DNA from: a virus
Length of the DNA stretch: 39,207 bases
Reading direction: 5' to 3' (one strand)
Virus record (IMG/VR): IMGVR_UViG_3300045988_127422
Coordinates: 1 to 39,207 of that record
Of this stretch, positions 1-6,205 are shown in pieces. The notes beneath the pieces are model-generated. The model was not told where the DNA came from and did no database searches. It worked only from the letters and a program-made list of their open reading frames with translations. Made by a program: the position numbers and the translations under genes. Numbering within the stretch: position 1 is the stretch's first letter; every line of letters begins with the position of its first letter.

Positions 1-188
1 AATATCACCCCGTTCACTATTATGATATACATACTACCTTGGATTGTCAAGTACTGTGTTATACGTATTTGATTTAGATGAATTTAACATCGAATATTCA
101 CTTTATTTTAAAATATCTATCTAACGAAGATTTTAGTAGGATATAGGTGAAATAATATATAGTGCTAATTGATCCTTTAATGTATTAA

Positions 189-296
189 CACAAACACCTG
201 GAAACATATAGGTATCTGGATAACAAAGGTCAACATACAGTGGATACAGTAGCTCAGATGGAATATGAAAGTATTAAAGAAGGAAAAATAAAATGA
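189..296 (+). pseudogene. 3' remnant of an XRE/CI-like repressor gene (no start codon, no HTH part)
   Basis: The frame is open only from 189. It reads HKHLETYRYLDNKGQHTVDTVAQMEYESIKEGKIK*, which aligns with the C-terminus of the intact repressor at 38314..38664 (LLDIYRVLDDKGQHTVDTVTQMEYERVKKDNK*). The DNA is similar but clearly diverged. The TGA stop overlaps the ATG at 293 (ATGA). Confidence 0.55.
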
Positions 297-784
297 AATT
301 TCAAAGATTTAAACGCGGAAGTGTTGTAATGGTGGAATTTTCACCATCTATGGGTAGTGAAATCAAGGGGAAACATTTAGCTATCGTTTTAACGAAAAAT
401 GATTCACCTAATAATGGTGTGCTAACAGTAATTCCATTAAGTTCAAAAAATAAGCCTTATTATGTTCCAATCGGTAATTTTTTTCTTAATGAAGCAATCC
501 CTTTCTTAGATAAACAATTAAATGAATTCATAGAGAACATTAAAAATGTTACAGATGAAGAGAAAAAAGCAATGTTAGATAATGCAAATAAGTTTATTTT
601 GGTTGCCAAAATGTATCAAAAAATGGGTGTTGACTCCTATGCAATGGTACAAAATATCTCCACAATCAGCAAATTAAGAGTTCTTAAACCAATAAACAAG
701 TATGATCCCATTTTAAAAATTAGAGTTTCAGATGAAATCATGACAATACTTGATAATAAATTAATAGAATTATTTACAAAGTAA
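293..784 (+). CDS. PemK/MazF-fold toxin-like protein with a central insertion
   Basis: N-terminal FKRGSVVMVEFSPSMGSEIKGKHLAIVLTKND...VLTVIPLSS and C-terminal SYAMVQNISTISKLRVL match the PemK/MazF pattern (RGdv..vdf.p..GsE..g.RP.lVls ... v..Pits ... S.v..dQirtidk.Rl). Confidence 0.55.
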   Translation: MKFQRFKRGSVVMVEFSPSMGSEIKGKHLAIVLTKNDSPNNGVLTVIPLSSKNKPYYVPIGNFFLNEAIPFLDKQLNEFIENIKNVTDEEKKAMLDNANKFILVAKMYQKMGVDSYAMVQNISTISKLRVLKPINKYDPILKIRVSDEIMTILDNKLIELFTK

Positions 785-826
785 ATCTTTTGACTTTAGA
801 GTTATGAGATGTTAATATACTTATGA

Positions 827-874
827 ACAACGGCCTTAGCGCCATTGATTATTACACAACGGCCTTAGCGCCAT
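827..874. repeat. Two exact 19-bp direct repeats ACAACGGCCTTAGCGCCAT (827..845, 856..874) separated by 10 bp
   Basis: Read directly. The repeats are GC-rich in an AT-rich intergenic region and fall in different reading frames, so they are unlikely to be coding. Confidence 0.8.
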
Positions 875-1033
875 GTAGAAAGTCACTGATTTATTTCAGT
901 GGCTTTTCTTTATTATCAAATCTTTGTGTGAATGTCAAATCTATGGCTGCTTAATTAATGCTGAAGAAGAGATTTTGAACGCAATTTCAAATTTTTAGGG
1001 CCTAATTAAGATATAATACAACATAAAATCATT

Positions 1034-1061
1034 AAATCCCCTTTATATAAAAGGGGATTTT
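1034..1061 (+). terminator. Hairpin AAATCCCCTTTAT/ATAAAAGGGGATTT followed by a T-run
   Basis: Near-perfect 13-bp stem (one extra A) followed by TTTT, in the intergenic region. Confidence 0.5.
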
Positions 1062-1195
1062 GCTTAGTTAGTAAATTTTTCGTAGATGTATGCCTTGTTT
1101 ATGCATATGATTTATACTTTATATAAAGGTATGTGTTTCATATAAAATATTACTTTTTAATACTTTTAAAAAATAATAAGTCAAATTCAAGTCAT

Positions 1196-1224
1196 AAAAA
1201 AGAACCTACGCATTACACGTAGGC
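1196..1224 (-). terminator. Rho-independent terminator downstream of the endolysin gene
   Basis: The minus strand reads CCTACG-tgtaatg-CGTAGG followed by TTCTTTTTT, immediately after the stop at 1235. Confidence 0.6.
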
Positions 1225-1234
1225 TTCATTATAT

Positions 1235-2329
1235 TTACGCAATTTCTGTTAACGGTGTTGGGTCAACCCAAACGCCACCAATCTTGACAATATTCTTTTG
1301 AACATTCACTGCATCGACTCTGATTCTAGATACATAGACTACTGCATTTGTGGTATGCAATACATTGTCATTATATCCGTCTGAATTAGGTACTTTGTCT
1401 ACCATACGAATTGGAAACCAACCACCCAGTTTTGATAGATAGCAACATAAATCATCGCCAATTTTCTTCAAGCCTTGATTTCCGATTTTCATATGTACAG
1501 AAGTAACATAGCTACCTTCATGTAAAATTTGATCGATAGCTTCACTACTTGATTGCGTCGTTCCTACTGGTGTATGAGGGTCTGTATCGATACCTGCATC
1601 ATTTGTCCATCCAATAGCTACTCCATTACGATCAACACGATATGGATATTTAGAGCCTTTAATAACTCTACCAATTGAACCGTTCCAATCTCCTTTTAAG
1701 ATTTTAGAAGTTCCGTAGCAGTTAACGCTTAATGTATTTGTGCAGATAGGTGTACCGACTGAATACTTTTCACCACTTGGAGTGTTTGGAGTACTTGGAG
1801 CGCTTGGTGCTACAGTTTGACCATCCAATCTAGCATTTACTTCTTTTGCTAATTGATTCATCTTAGAATGTAAATAAGGACCAGGACAAGATGTTGCTGC
1901 GAACATTCTATGTTCTGTCAAACTTCCAGTTGAATCACCAGTGTAGTTTAATCTGAATCCATATCGTTTACATACATCCACGCATAGATTTACTAATGCA
2001 TTCCATGCTTTTGGTGAGATTGTCCACGTATCTGTATTATCATTAGCAATTTCAATTGTAATTGATTGGCAATCGTTGTAGTAGTTTGATGATGTCCACG
2101 CTCTATTTTCTTCGTCGACATTCGCTACAATCGTACCATCTGAACCAATACAATAGTTTGCACTAGCCATTCTTCCGCTTACTTGGAATGACTGAGCACA
2201 TCGTTCTGCAGTCCATTCGCAAGCCATATGATGAGGTGTGATTTTACAAATCTTATATCCTCCACGACCACGCATATAGTTATCTGCACTTGCAGGAATA
2301 TATTTATTAGTTAAGCTTGAGTAAGACAT
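1235..2329 (-). CDS. Endolysin: N-acetylmuramoyl-L-alanine amidase (Amidase_2/PGRP type) with a C-terminal cell-wall-binding region
   Basis: ITPHHMA...ASANYCIGSDGTIVANVDEENRAWTSS...SITIEIAND...TEHRMFAATSCPG are Amidase_2 hallmarks. A Pro/Ser/Thr linker precedes a roughly 190-aa C-terminal region. It is the last gene of the late operon. Confidence 0.85.
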   Translation of the reverse strand: MSYSSLTNKYIPASADNYMRGRGGYKICKITPHHMACEWTAERCAQSFQVSGRMASANYCIGSDGTIVANVDEENRAWTSSNYYNDCQSITIEIANDNTDTWTISPKAWNALVNLCVDVCKRYGFRLNYTGDSTGSLTEHRMFAATSCPGPYLHSKMNQLAKEVNARLDGQTVAPSAPSTPNTPSGEKYSVGTPICTNTLSVNCYGTSKILKGDWNGSIGRVIKGSKYPYRVDRNGVAIGWTNDAGIDTDPHTPVGTTQSSSEAIDQILHEGSYVTSVHMKIGNQGLKKIGDDLCCYLSKLGGWFPIRMVDKVPNSDGYNDNVLHTTNAVVYVSRIRVDAVNVQKNIVKIGGVWVDPTPLTEIA

Positions 2330-2415
2330 TCATCTTCACCTTCTTCTTTTCCATTTGATAGCTCTGATTGAGCTTCTTCTGATAATTCTTCAAATTGTAC
2401 TTCTTTTTCTTCCAT
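2311..2415 (-). CDS. Small acidic ORF (34 aa, MEEKEVQFEELSEEAQSELSNGKEEGEDECLTQA), unknown function
   Basis: Not in the ORF track because it is under 60 aa. It has a strong SD (TAGGAGGcaaaattt-ATG) and overlaps the endolysin start. Confidence 0.4.
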   Translation of the reverse strand: MEEKEVQFEELSEEAQSELSNGKEEGEDECLTQA

Positions 2416-2427
2416 AAATTTTGCCTC

Positions 2428-2826
2428 CTAATTTTTTTCGACTAAAAAGTCTTGAATTTCCTTTCGCGTAGCCTTCAGGCTTTCTTTATCATCTTCAGAT
2501 AACATTCCGTCAAGAATGGCCATGTTCGCTTTTAACATCAGATCGCCCCGCTCTTTATCAGCCTCAAGCCTTTGCTCGTGTTCAGACAAAAGTTGAGAAT
2601 GCTTATTTAGTTCTGCTTTGATACCTTCCTGAGCAATCAATAATGTTTCGATTGACTTGATTCGTTCATTATCGCGTTTCAACCATTCTTCATGCCTTCT
2701 AACTGTTTCTTTTAAGTCGTCATTCGGCTTTTTAAAATCTTTGTAAACCTTCCAAGCGCCACCGATAGTGATGACTGCTCCGCATACCAATAAGAATTGG
2801 CGGACTGCAATTATAATTTCATCCAT
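2428..2826 (-). CDS. N-terminally membrane-anchored coiled-coil protein of the lysis module (holin accessory or holin-like)
   Basis: One hydrophobic segment (IIIAVRQFLLVCGAVITIGGAW) is followed by a charged heptad-like region. It sits between the holin and the endolysin. Confidence 0.4.
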   Translation of the reverse strand: MDEIIIAVRQFLLVCGAVITIGGAWKVYKDFKKPNDDLKETVRRHEEWLKRDNERIKSIETLLIAQEGIKAELNKHSQLLSEHEQRLEADKERGDLMLKANMAILDGMLSEDDKESLKATRKEIQDFLVEKN

Positions 2827-2840
2827 TGCAGACCACCGAA

Positions 2841-3056
2841 TTAATTTTCTTTCGTTGTTTCAACTTCTGGTAAGCCGGCCAAAGATGTCAAAAGCGATAA
2901 GATTCCTGCCAAAGCAGTGCTTGATACCACAACTTTAATATCCACCTGTTCCATCAATTGTGATGTTCCAATCATCGCGATTGCAGTTTGACACATTGTT
3001 TTTAAGCAGCGTGTGCAAGCTGCATTCCACCACTTAACATTTTTTAATTGTTCCAT
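2841..3056 (-). CDS. Putative holin (72 aa, two hydrophobic segments)
   Basis: I moved the start to the ATG at 3056 (MEQLKNVKWW...), which has the SD AAGGAGAG 8 nt upstream and removes the overlap with 3061..3285. Hydrophobic stretches are TMCQTAIAMIGT and VVVSSTALAGILSLLTSLAGL. It lies upstream of the endolysin. Confidence 0.6.
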   Translation of the reverse strand: MEQLKNVKWWNAACTRCLKTMCQTAIAMIGTSQLMEQVDIKVVVSSTALAGILSLLTSLAGLPEVETTKEN

Positions 3057-3060
3057 ATCT

Positions 3061-3285
3061 CTATCTCTCCTTACTAACTCCATAATTATCCACAATGTGC
3101 CAGTCATCACATGCACAATTGCTGATTGTATACACGATATCATCTGAATCTGTTAATTTGAAATCAACACCATCTTTTGTGTGGATCATGATGATTCCAT
3201 CTACGATATGCCAATATCCAGTCCAATGACTACGTGCCACCTTGTGGCCACGTGTCATAGATATAAATGCAGATGCAAAATTCAT
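3061..3285 (-). CDS. DUF2829 / Tad2-like small protein
   Basis: MNFASAFISMTRGHKVARSHWTGYW...CDDWHIV fits the DUF2829 pattern (mnFg.Al.alk.GkkvaR.gW.g...... dDW.iv). Confidence 0.55.
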   Translation of the reverse strand: MNFASAFISMTRGHKVARSHWTGYWHIVDGIIMIHTKDGVDFKLTDSDDIVYTISNCACDDWHIVDNYGVSKER

Positions 3286-3298
3286 ATACAGTTACCTC

Positions 3299-3547
3299 CT
3301 AGATCAACTCAACATTTTCAATCTTTGTACGAATAACAAGGATGTCCATATATCTTTTCATGGCATCTAATTGAAGATCATAGATTTCTCTTGGACAAGT
3401 CGGTTTGAAATTCAACTTTCCTTCATCCCATTTTTCGCACATAGCTTTCAATTTGTCGTGACGAATCTTTACTTGAAAATACTCGCCTTTGAATCTGTCT
3501 TTGTAATCTGCAGAGTTCATCAACTCTACTGTTTCATTTAACTCCAT
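3299..3547 (-). CDS. Hypothetical small phage protein
   Basis: ORF with an SD (AGGAGGAAAG). The motif KDRFKGEYFQVKIRHDKL...CPREIYDLQLDAMKRYMDIL resembles a family of small helical proteins common in Firmicutes phages. That is a recollection, with no function assigned. Confidence 0.5.
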   Translation of the reverse strand: MELNETVELMNSADYKDRFKGEYFQVKIRHDKLKAMCEKWDEGKLNFKPTCPREIYDLQLDAMKRYMDILVIRTKIENVELI

Positions 3548-3557
3548 AACTTTCCTC

Positions 3558-3806
3558 CTATAATTTAGTTACATTTAACATCACATAGCCTTCTTTGAAT
3601 CCATCGTTAGTAGTGATGCTGCGAATCTGTGTCATTCTAAATAAACCAGTATCCATTTCTTTTCCTTCGTCTAACGATACTTGTTTAAATAACACATAAT
3701 CTTGTTCATTGATTTGCTCATCAGTCAAATCAAGAATAATAAAATCGTGTTCTTGGAAAAAATTCCATAATTTAGTATTTAAATTGATTTCATGTGTTTT
3801 AACCAT
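3558..3806 (-). CDS. DUF3850-like (ASCH/PUA-fold) protein
   Basis: THEINLNTKLWNFF...DYVLFKQ...GLFRMTQIRSIT...GFKEGYVMLNV resembles the DUF3850 pattern (THELKi.p.yF... gD.l.l.E...tGr....i..i.....gl..gyvil). SD is AATAGGAGGC. Confidence 0.45.
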   Translation of the reverse strand: MVKTHEINLNTKLWNFFQEHDFIILDLTDEQINEQDYVLFKQVSLDEGKEMDTGLFRMTQIRSITTNDGFKEGYVMLNVTKL

Positions 3807-3849
3807 TTAAAAGCCTCCTATTAATATAAAAAAAGCGAGGTAAACAAAA

Positions 3850-4743
3850 ATGCTATATTCTGACAAATTACATTCTTGGTTAAAAGAAAAGAAAATCTAT
3901 CTAAAATACAGCACTTACACAAATTATTGTAATGTGATTCATAATCACATACTGCCATCACTTGGCAGTTATCAAATCGAGGAACTGAACAATGATATTC
4001 TTCAGGAAATGATTCTTCAAAAACTTGAAAATGGTCGTAAAGATGGAAAAGGTGGCATTTCTTTTAAATATGCCAAAGACATTATTCAAATTCTGAAGTT
4101 CACACTTCCATTTAAAATCGATATTCAACTTCCATACCATCCTCCTACGGCGGTAGAAATTTTTGAAAAAGAAAATCAAATCTCATTGATTAATCACCTC
4201 CAATCTGAGATTAATTACAAAAACTTTGGAATCCTGTTATGCATCCACACTGGAATACGCATAGGTGAACTATGCGCTTTGAAATGGTCTGATATAAATG
4301 TACAGACCAAACTTTTAAAAATTGACAAAACCATGATTCGCACATATACAAAAGAAGATGGTAGTCACTTGTATGTGACACCACCTAAATCACGTTCTAG
4401 CACTCGTATGATTCCCTTGAACACATGGATAATGCATTATGCAATCCTTCTACAAGGTGATGCAGATAACTATGTATTAACAAATCGAGATAAACCAATA
4501 GAGCCTAATAAATACAGGCTTTACTACAATAGAGTTTTAAAAGTGCTTGACCTACCACATCTCAAATTCCATGCACTCAGACACACATTCGCAACAAGAT
4601 GTATTGAATGTGGTTGTGATTATAAATCACTGAGCGAATTGTTAGGACACTCCAACGTATCAATCACAATGAACATCTACGTTCATCCACAAATGGAATT
4701 GAAGCGTAAATGCGTTGAACTCTTGTGTGACTACTACAAGTAA
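3850..4743 (+). CDS. Tyrosine site-specific recombinase (Xer/phage-integrase family, 297 aa); proposed shufflon invertase
   Basis: Catalytic signature: GIRIGELCALKWSDI (Arg I), HALRHTFATRC (H-x-x-R), LLGHSNVSITMNIYVH (His and the nucleophilic Tyr). It has an N-terminal SAM-like domain. Its stop codon (4741..4743) lies 2 nt from the first recombination core. Confidence 0.9.
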   Translation: MLYSDKLHSWLKEKKIYLKYSTYTNYCNVIHNHILPSLGSYQIEELNNDILQEMILQKLENGRKDGKGGISFKYAKDIIQILKFTLPFKIDIQLPYHPPTAVEIFEKENQISLINHLQSEINYKNFGILLCIHTGIRIGELCALKWSDINVQTKLLKIDKTMIRTYTKEDGSHLYVTPPKSRSSTRMIPLNTWIMHYAILLQGDADNYVLTNRDKPIEPNKYRLYYNRVLKVLDLPHLKFHALRHTFATRCIECGCDYKSLSELLGHSNVSITMNIYVHPQMELKRKCVELLCDYYK

Positions 4744-4745
4744 AT

Positions 4746-4758
4746 GTATGTCATTTAC
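4746..4758 (+). repeat. Shufflon core site 1, GTATGTCATTTAC
   Basis: One of six copies of GTATGTCnTTTAC, preceded by A[T/A/G]. In every copy the ATG TCn TTT AC phase encodes MSFT. Confidence 0.85.
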
Positions 4759-5050
4759 TACTGATTCTATTGGTGGAGAATATAAACATAAACTTCAAGA
4801 AATTGAAATGCCAAAACATCATCATGGCGAACGTATATTGGTTAAAGGATATTCTGAATGGGATTCAATGACCACAAGTGATTATGGAATTATAATTGAC
4901 TATTCAACGAAAAACTATGTCGTTCCAAAAACACACGTAAATGCAGCTGATGTGACCACGTTTTGCTATACTGGGTTTGCAGGAGATAACGTTCATCATA
5001 ATAATATCCAACCTTATATTGTGACTTATTTTTGGCGAAGAACGAAGTAA
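4748..5050 (+). CDS. Silent RBP C-terminal cassette A (100 aa, MSFTTDSIGGEYKHKL...HHNNIQPYIVTYFWRRTK)
   Basis: No SD upstream. It starts in the core site. It shares the GGEYKH.L..EMP.H.H ... HNN.QPY....FWRR.K framework with the 3' end of the RBP gene. Confidence 0.8.
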   Translation: MSFTTDSIGGEYKHKLQEIEMPKHHHGERILVKGYSEWDSMTTSDYGIIIDYSTKNYVVPKTHVNAADVTTFCYTGFAGDNVHHNNIQPYIVTYFWRRTK

Positions 5051-5057
5051 TGTTTAT

Positions 5058-5070
5058 GTATGTCTTTTAC
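5058..5070 (+). repeat. Shufflon core site 2, GTATGTCTTTTAC
   Basis: Read directly. Confidence 0.85.
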
Positions 5071-5308
5071 ATCTGGAAAGTTGTATGGCGAATACAAACA
5101 CAAACTAACAATACAAGAAATACCTAGTCATGCACACAAATTTAATGACTGCGCTTGGATTGATGGAAAAGGAAATATTCAATCCGCATCAAACAACTCC
5201 TGGTTTAACGGTGGATTTATGAGCGATACAACAAGCGCAGGAGGGGATAAAGCTCATAATAATTTACAACCATCATTTGTCGTTTTCTTTTGGAGACGAA
5301 CTGCATAA
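5060..5308 (+). CDS. Silent RBP C-terminal cassette B (82 aa)
   Basis: MSFTSGKLYGEYKHKLTIQEIPSHAH...AHNNLQPSFVVFFWRRTA. No SD. Confidence 0.8.
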   Translation: MSFTSGKLYGEYKHKLTIQEIPSHAHKFNDCAWIDGKGNIQSASNNSWFNGGFMSDTTSAGGDKAHNNLQPSFVVFFWRRTA

Positions 5309-5321
5309 GTATGTCCTTTAC
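5309..5321 (+). repeat. Shufflon core site 3, GTATGTCCTTTAC
   Basis: Read directly. It starts 1 nt after cassette B's stop codon. Confidence 0.85.
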
Positions 5322-5613
5322 TTCTTCCGGAACTGGAGGAGAATTCAAACATCAATTAAATTATTACGAAATGCCAAGCCATGTGCATAATGAGTATGCA
5401 ATGGTTGAAGGATACACTGGATGGGATACTTTTACGCCATTACCATATTCAATGTTGTTTAGATTTGGCGGAGGCGACTATCGAGAAAACGTATCTCAAT
5501 ACCACGCAGCTAGAGTTTCATTAAACACATTCACTTCAAGCGAAGGAGGAAGTCAAAGTCACAATAACATTCAGCCTTATATCGTAGTTTATTTCTGGAG
5601 AAGGACAAAGTAA
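5311..5613 (+). CDS. Silent RBP C-terminal cassette C (100 aa)
   Basis: MSFTSSGTGGEFKHQLNYYEMPSHVH...SHNNIQPYIVVYFWRRTK. No SD. Its stop abuts the stop of cassette D, tail to tail with zero spacer. Confidence 0.8.
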   Translation: MSFTSSGTGGEFKHQLNYYEMPSHVHNEYAMVEGYTGWDTFTPLPYSMLFRFGGGDYRENVSQYHAARVSLNTFTSSEGGSQSHNNIQPYIVVYFWRRTK

Positions 5614-5904
5614 TCACTTGATTCTTTTCCAGAAGAATACTGTTGTATATGGTTGAATGACATTATGCGCTTCGTTATTGCCAACATATGAGCCATATCT
5701 ATTTTTATCGTAATCATGAATAAATGGAGTAAATGTTCCTGATCGATTATTGTCTCCTAAATAAGTCATGTTATAGAATCCTGTATTACCGCCATATGCA
5801 GTAATAATATCCCAATCATGTGGACGGTGAGCGTGTGATGGCATTTCGTTCAAAGATAGTAAATGCTTATATTCGCCACCCACTTGATTGGCAGTAAAGG
5901 ACAT
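5614..5904 (-). CDS. Silent RBP C-terminal cassette D (96 aa), same orientation as the expressed gene
   Basis: MSFTANQVGGEYKHLLSLNEMPSHAH...AHNVIQPYTTVFFWKRIK. No SD. Confidence 0.8.
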   Translation of the reverse strand: MSFTANQVGGEYKHLLSLNEMPSHAHRPHDWDIITAYGGNTGFYNMTYLGDNNRSGTFTPFIHDYDKNRYGSYVGNNEAHNVIQPYTTVFFWKRIK

Positions 5905-5906
5905 AC
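5894..5906 (-). repeat. Shufflon core site 4 (minus strand GTATGTCCTTTAC)
   Basis: The plus strand reads GTAAAGGACATAC. Confidence 0.85.
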
Positions 5907-5924
5907 CTTGAATAACGATTATAT

Positions 5925-5937
5925 GTATGTCATTTAC
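5925..5937 (+). repeat. Shufflon core site 5, GTATGTCATTTAC
   Basis: Read directly. It lies 18 bp from site 4, head to head. Confidence 0.85.
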
Positions 5938-6205
5938 TGCTGGATGGATTGGCGGTAACTACTTTCATAAACTTACGCGTGAAGAGCTACCGAGCCATAC
6001 GCATTGGATCTTAGACCAACAAACTGATGTAACAACTGCATTATATGGTAATTCATATAGTGATGTGCCTTTTACGAGAGCCACTGAACGTACTAATAGA
6101 ACTAATTATTATTGGTACGGTCAAACATGGCGAACAGGCGGAAACAAACCACACGATAATGTACAACCTTACGTGGTAACTTACTTTTGGAGACGTATCA
6201 AGTAG
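5927..6205 (+). CDS. Silent RBP C-terminal cassette E (92 aa)
   Basis: MSFTAGWIGGNYFHKLTREELPSHTH...PHDNVQPYVVTYFWRRIK. No SD. Its stop abuts the RBP stop, tail to tail with zero spacer. Confidence 0.8.
   Translation: MSFTAGWIGGNYFHKLTREELPSHTHWILDQQTDVTTALYGNSYSDVPFTRATERTNRTNYYWYGQTWRTGGNKPHDNVQPYVVTYFWRRIK

Noticed and set aside
213-292. Similarity between 213..292 and about 38580..38664 as attL/attR duplication.
   Set aside because: The two copies are clearly diverged, roughly 80 percent identical by eye, and the similarity follows a coding frame. Att cores are identical duplications. This is homology between two repressor genes.
2841-3143. The 100-aa form of the holin ORF.
   Set aside because: The first 29 codons overlap 3061..3285 and have no SD. 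The internal ATG at 3056 has a good SD and starts right after the upstream stop.
3850-4743. The tyrosine recombinase as the prophage integrase.
   Set aside because: It sits inside the late region, between the lysis-proximal morons and the tail-fibre genes, not at a prophage end next to the repressor. Its stop codon is 2 nt from the first of six repeated cores that are in frame with the RBP. The lysogeny integrase is expected to the right of the cI/Abi genes, outside the window. A dual role cannot be excluded from sequence alone.
4715-5613. The longer track ORFs 4715..5050 and 5290..5613, which start upstream of the MSFT motif.
   Set aside because: The extra N-terminal codons (MNSCVTTTSKC, METNCIS) overlap the recombinase 3' end or cassette B, and they lack an SD. 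The conserved unit starts exactly at the core ATG.
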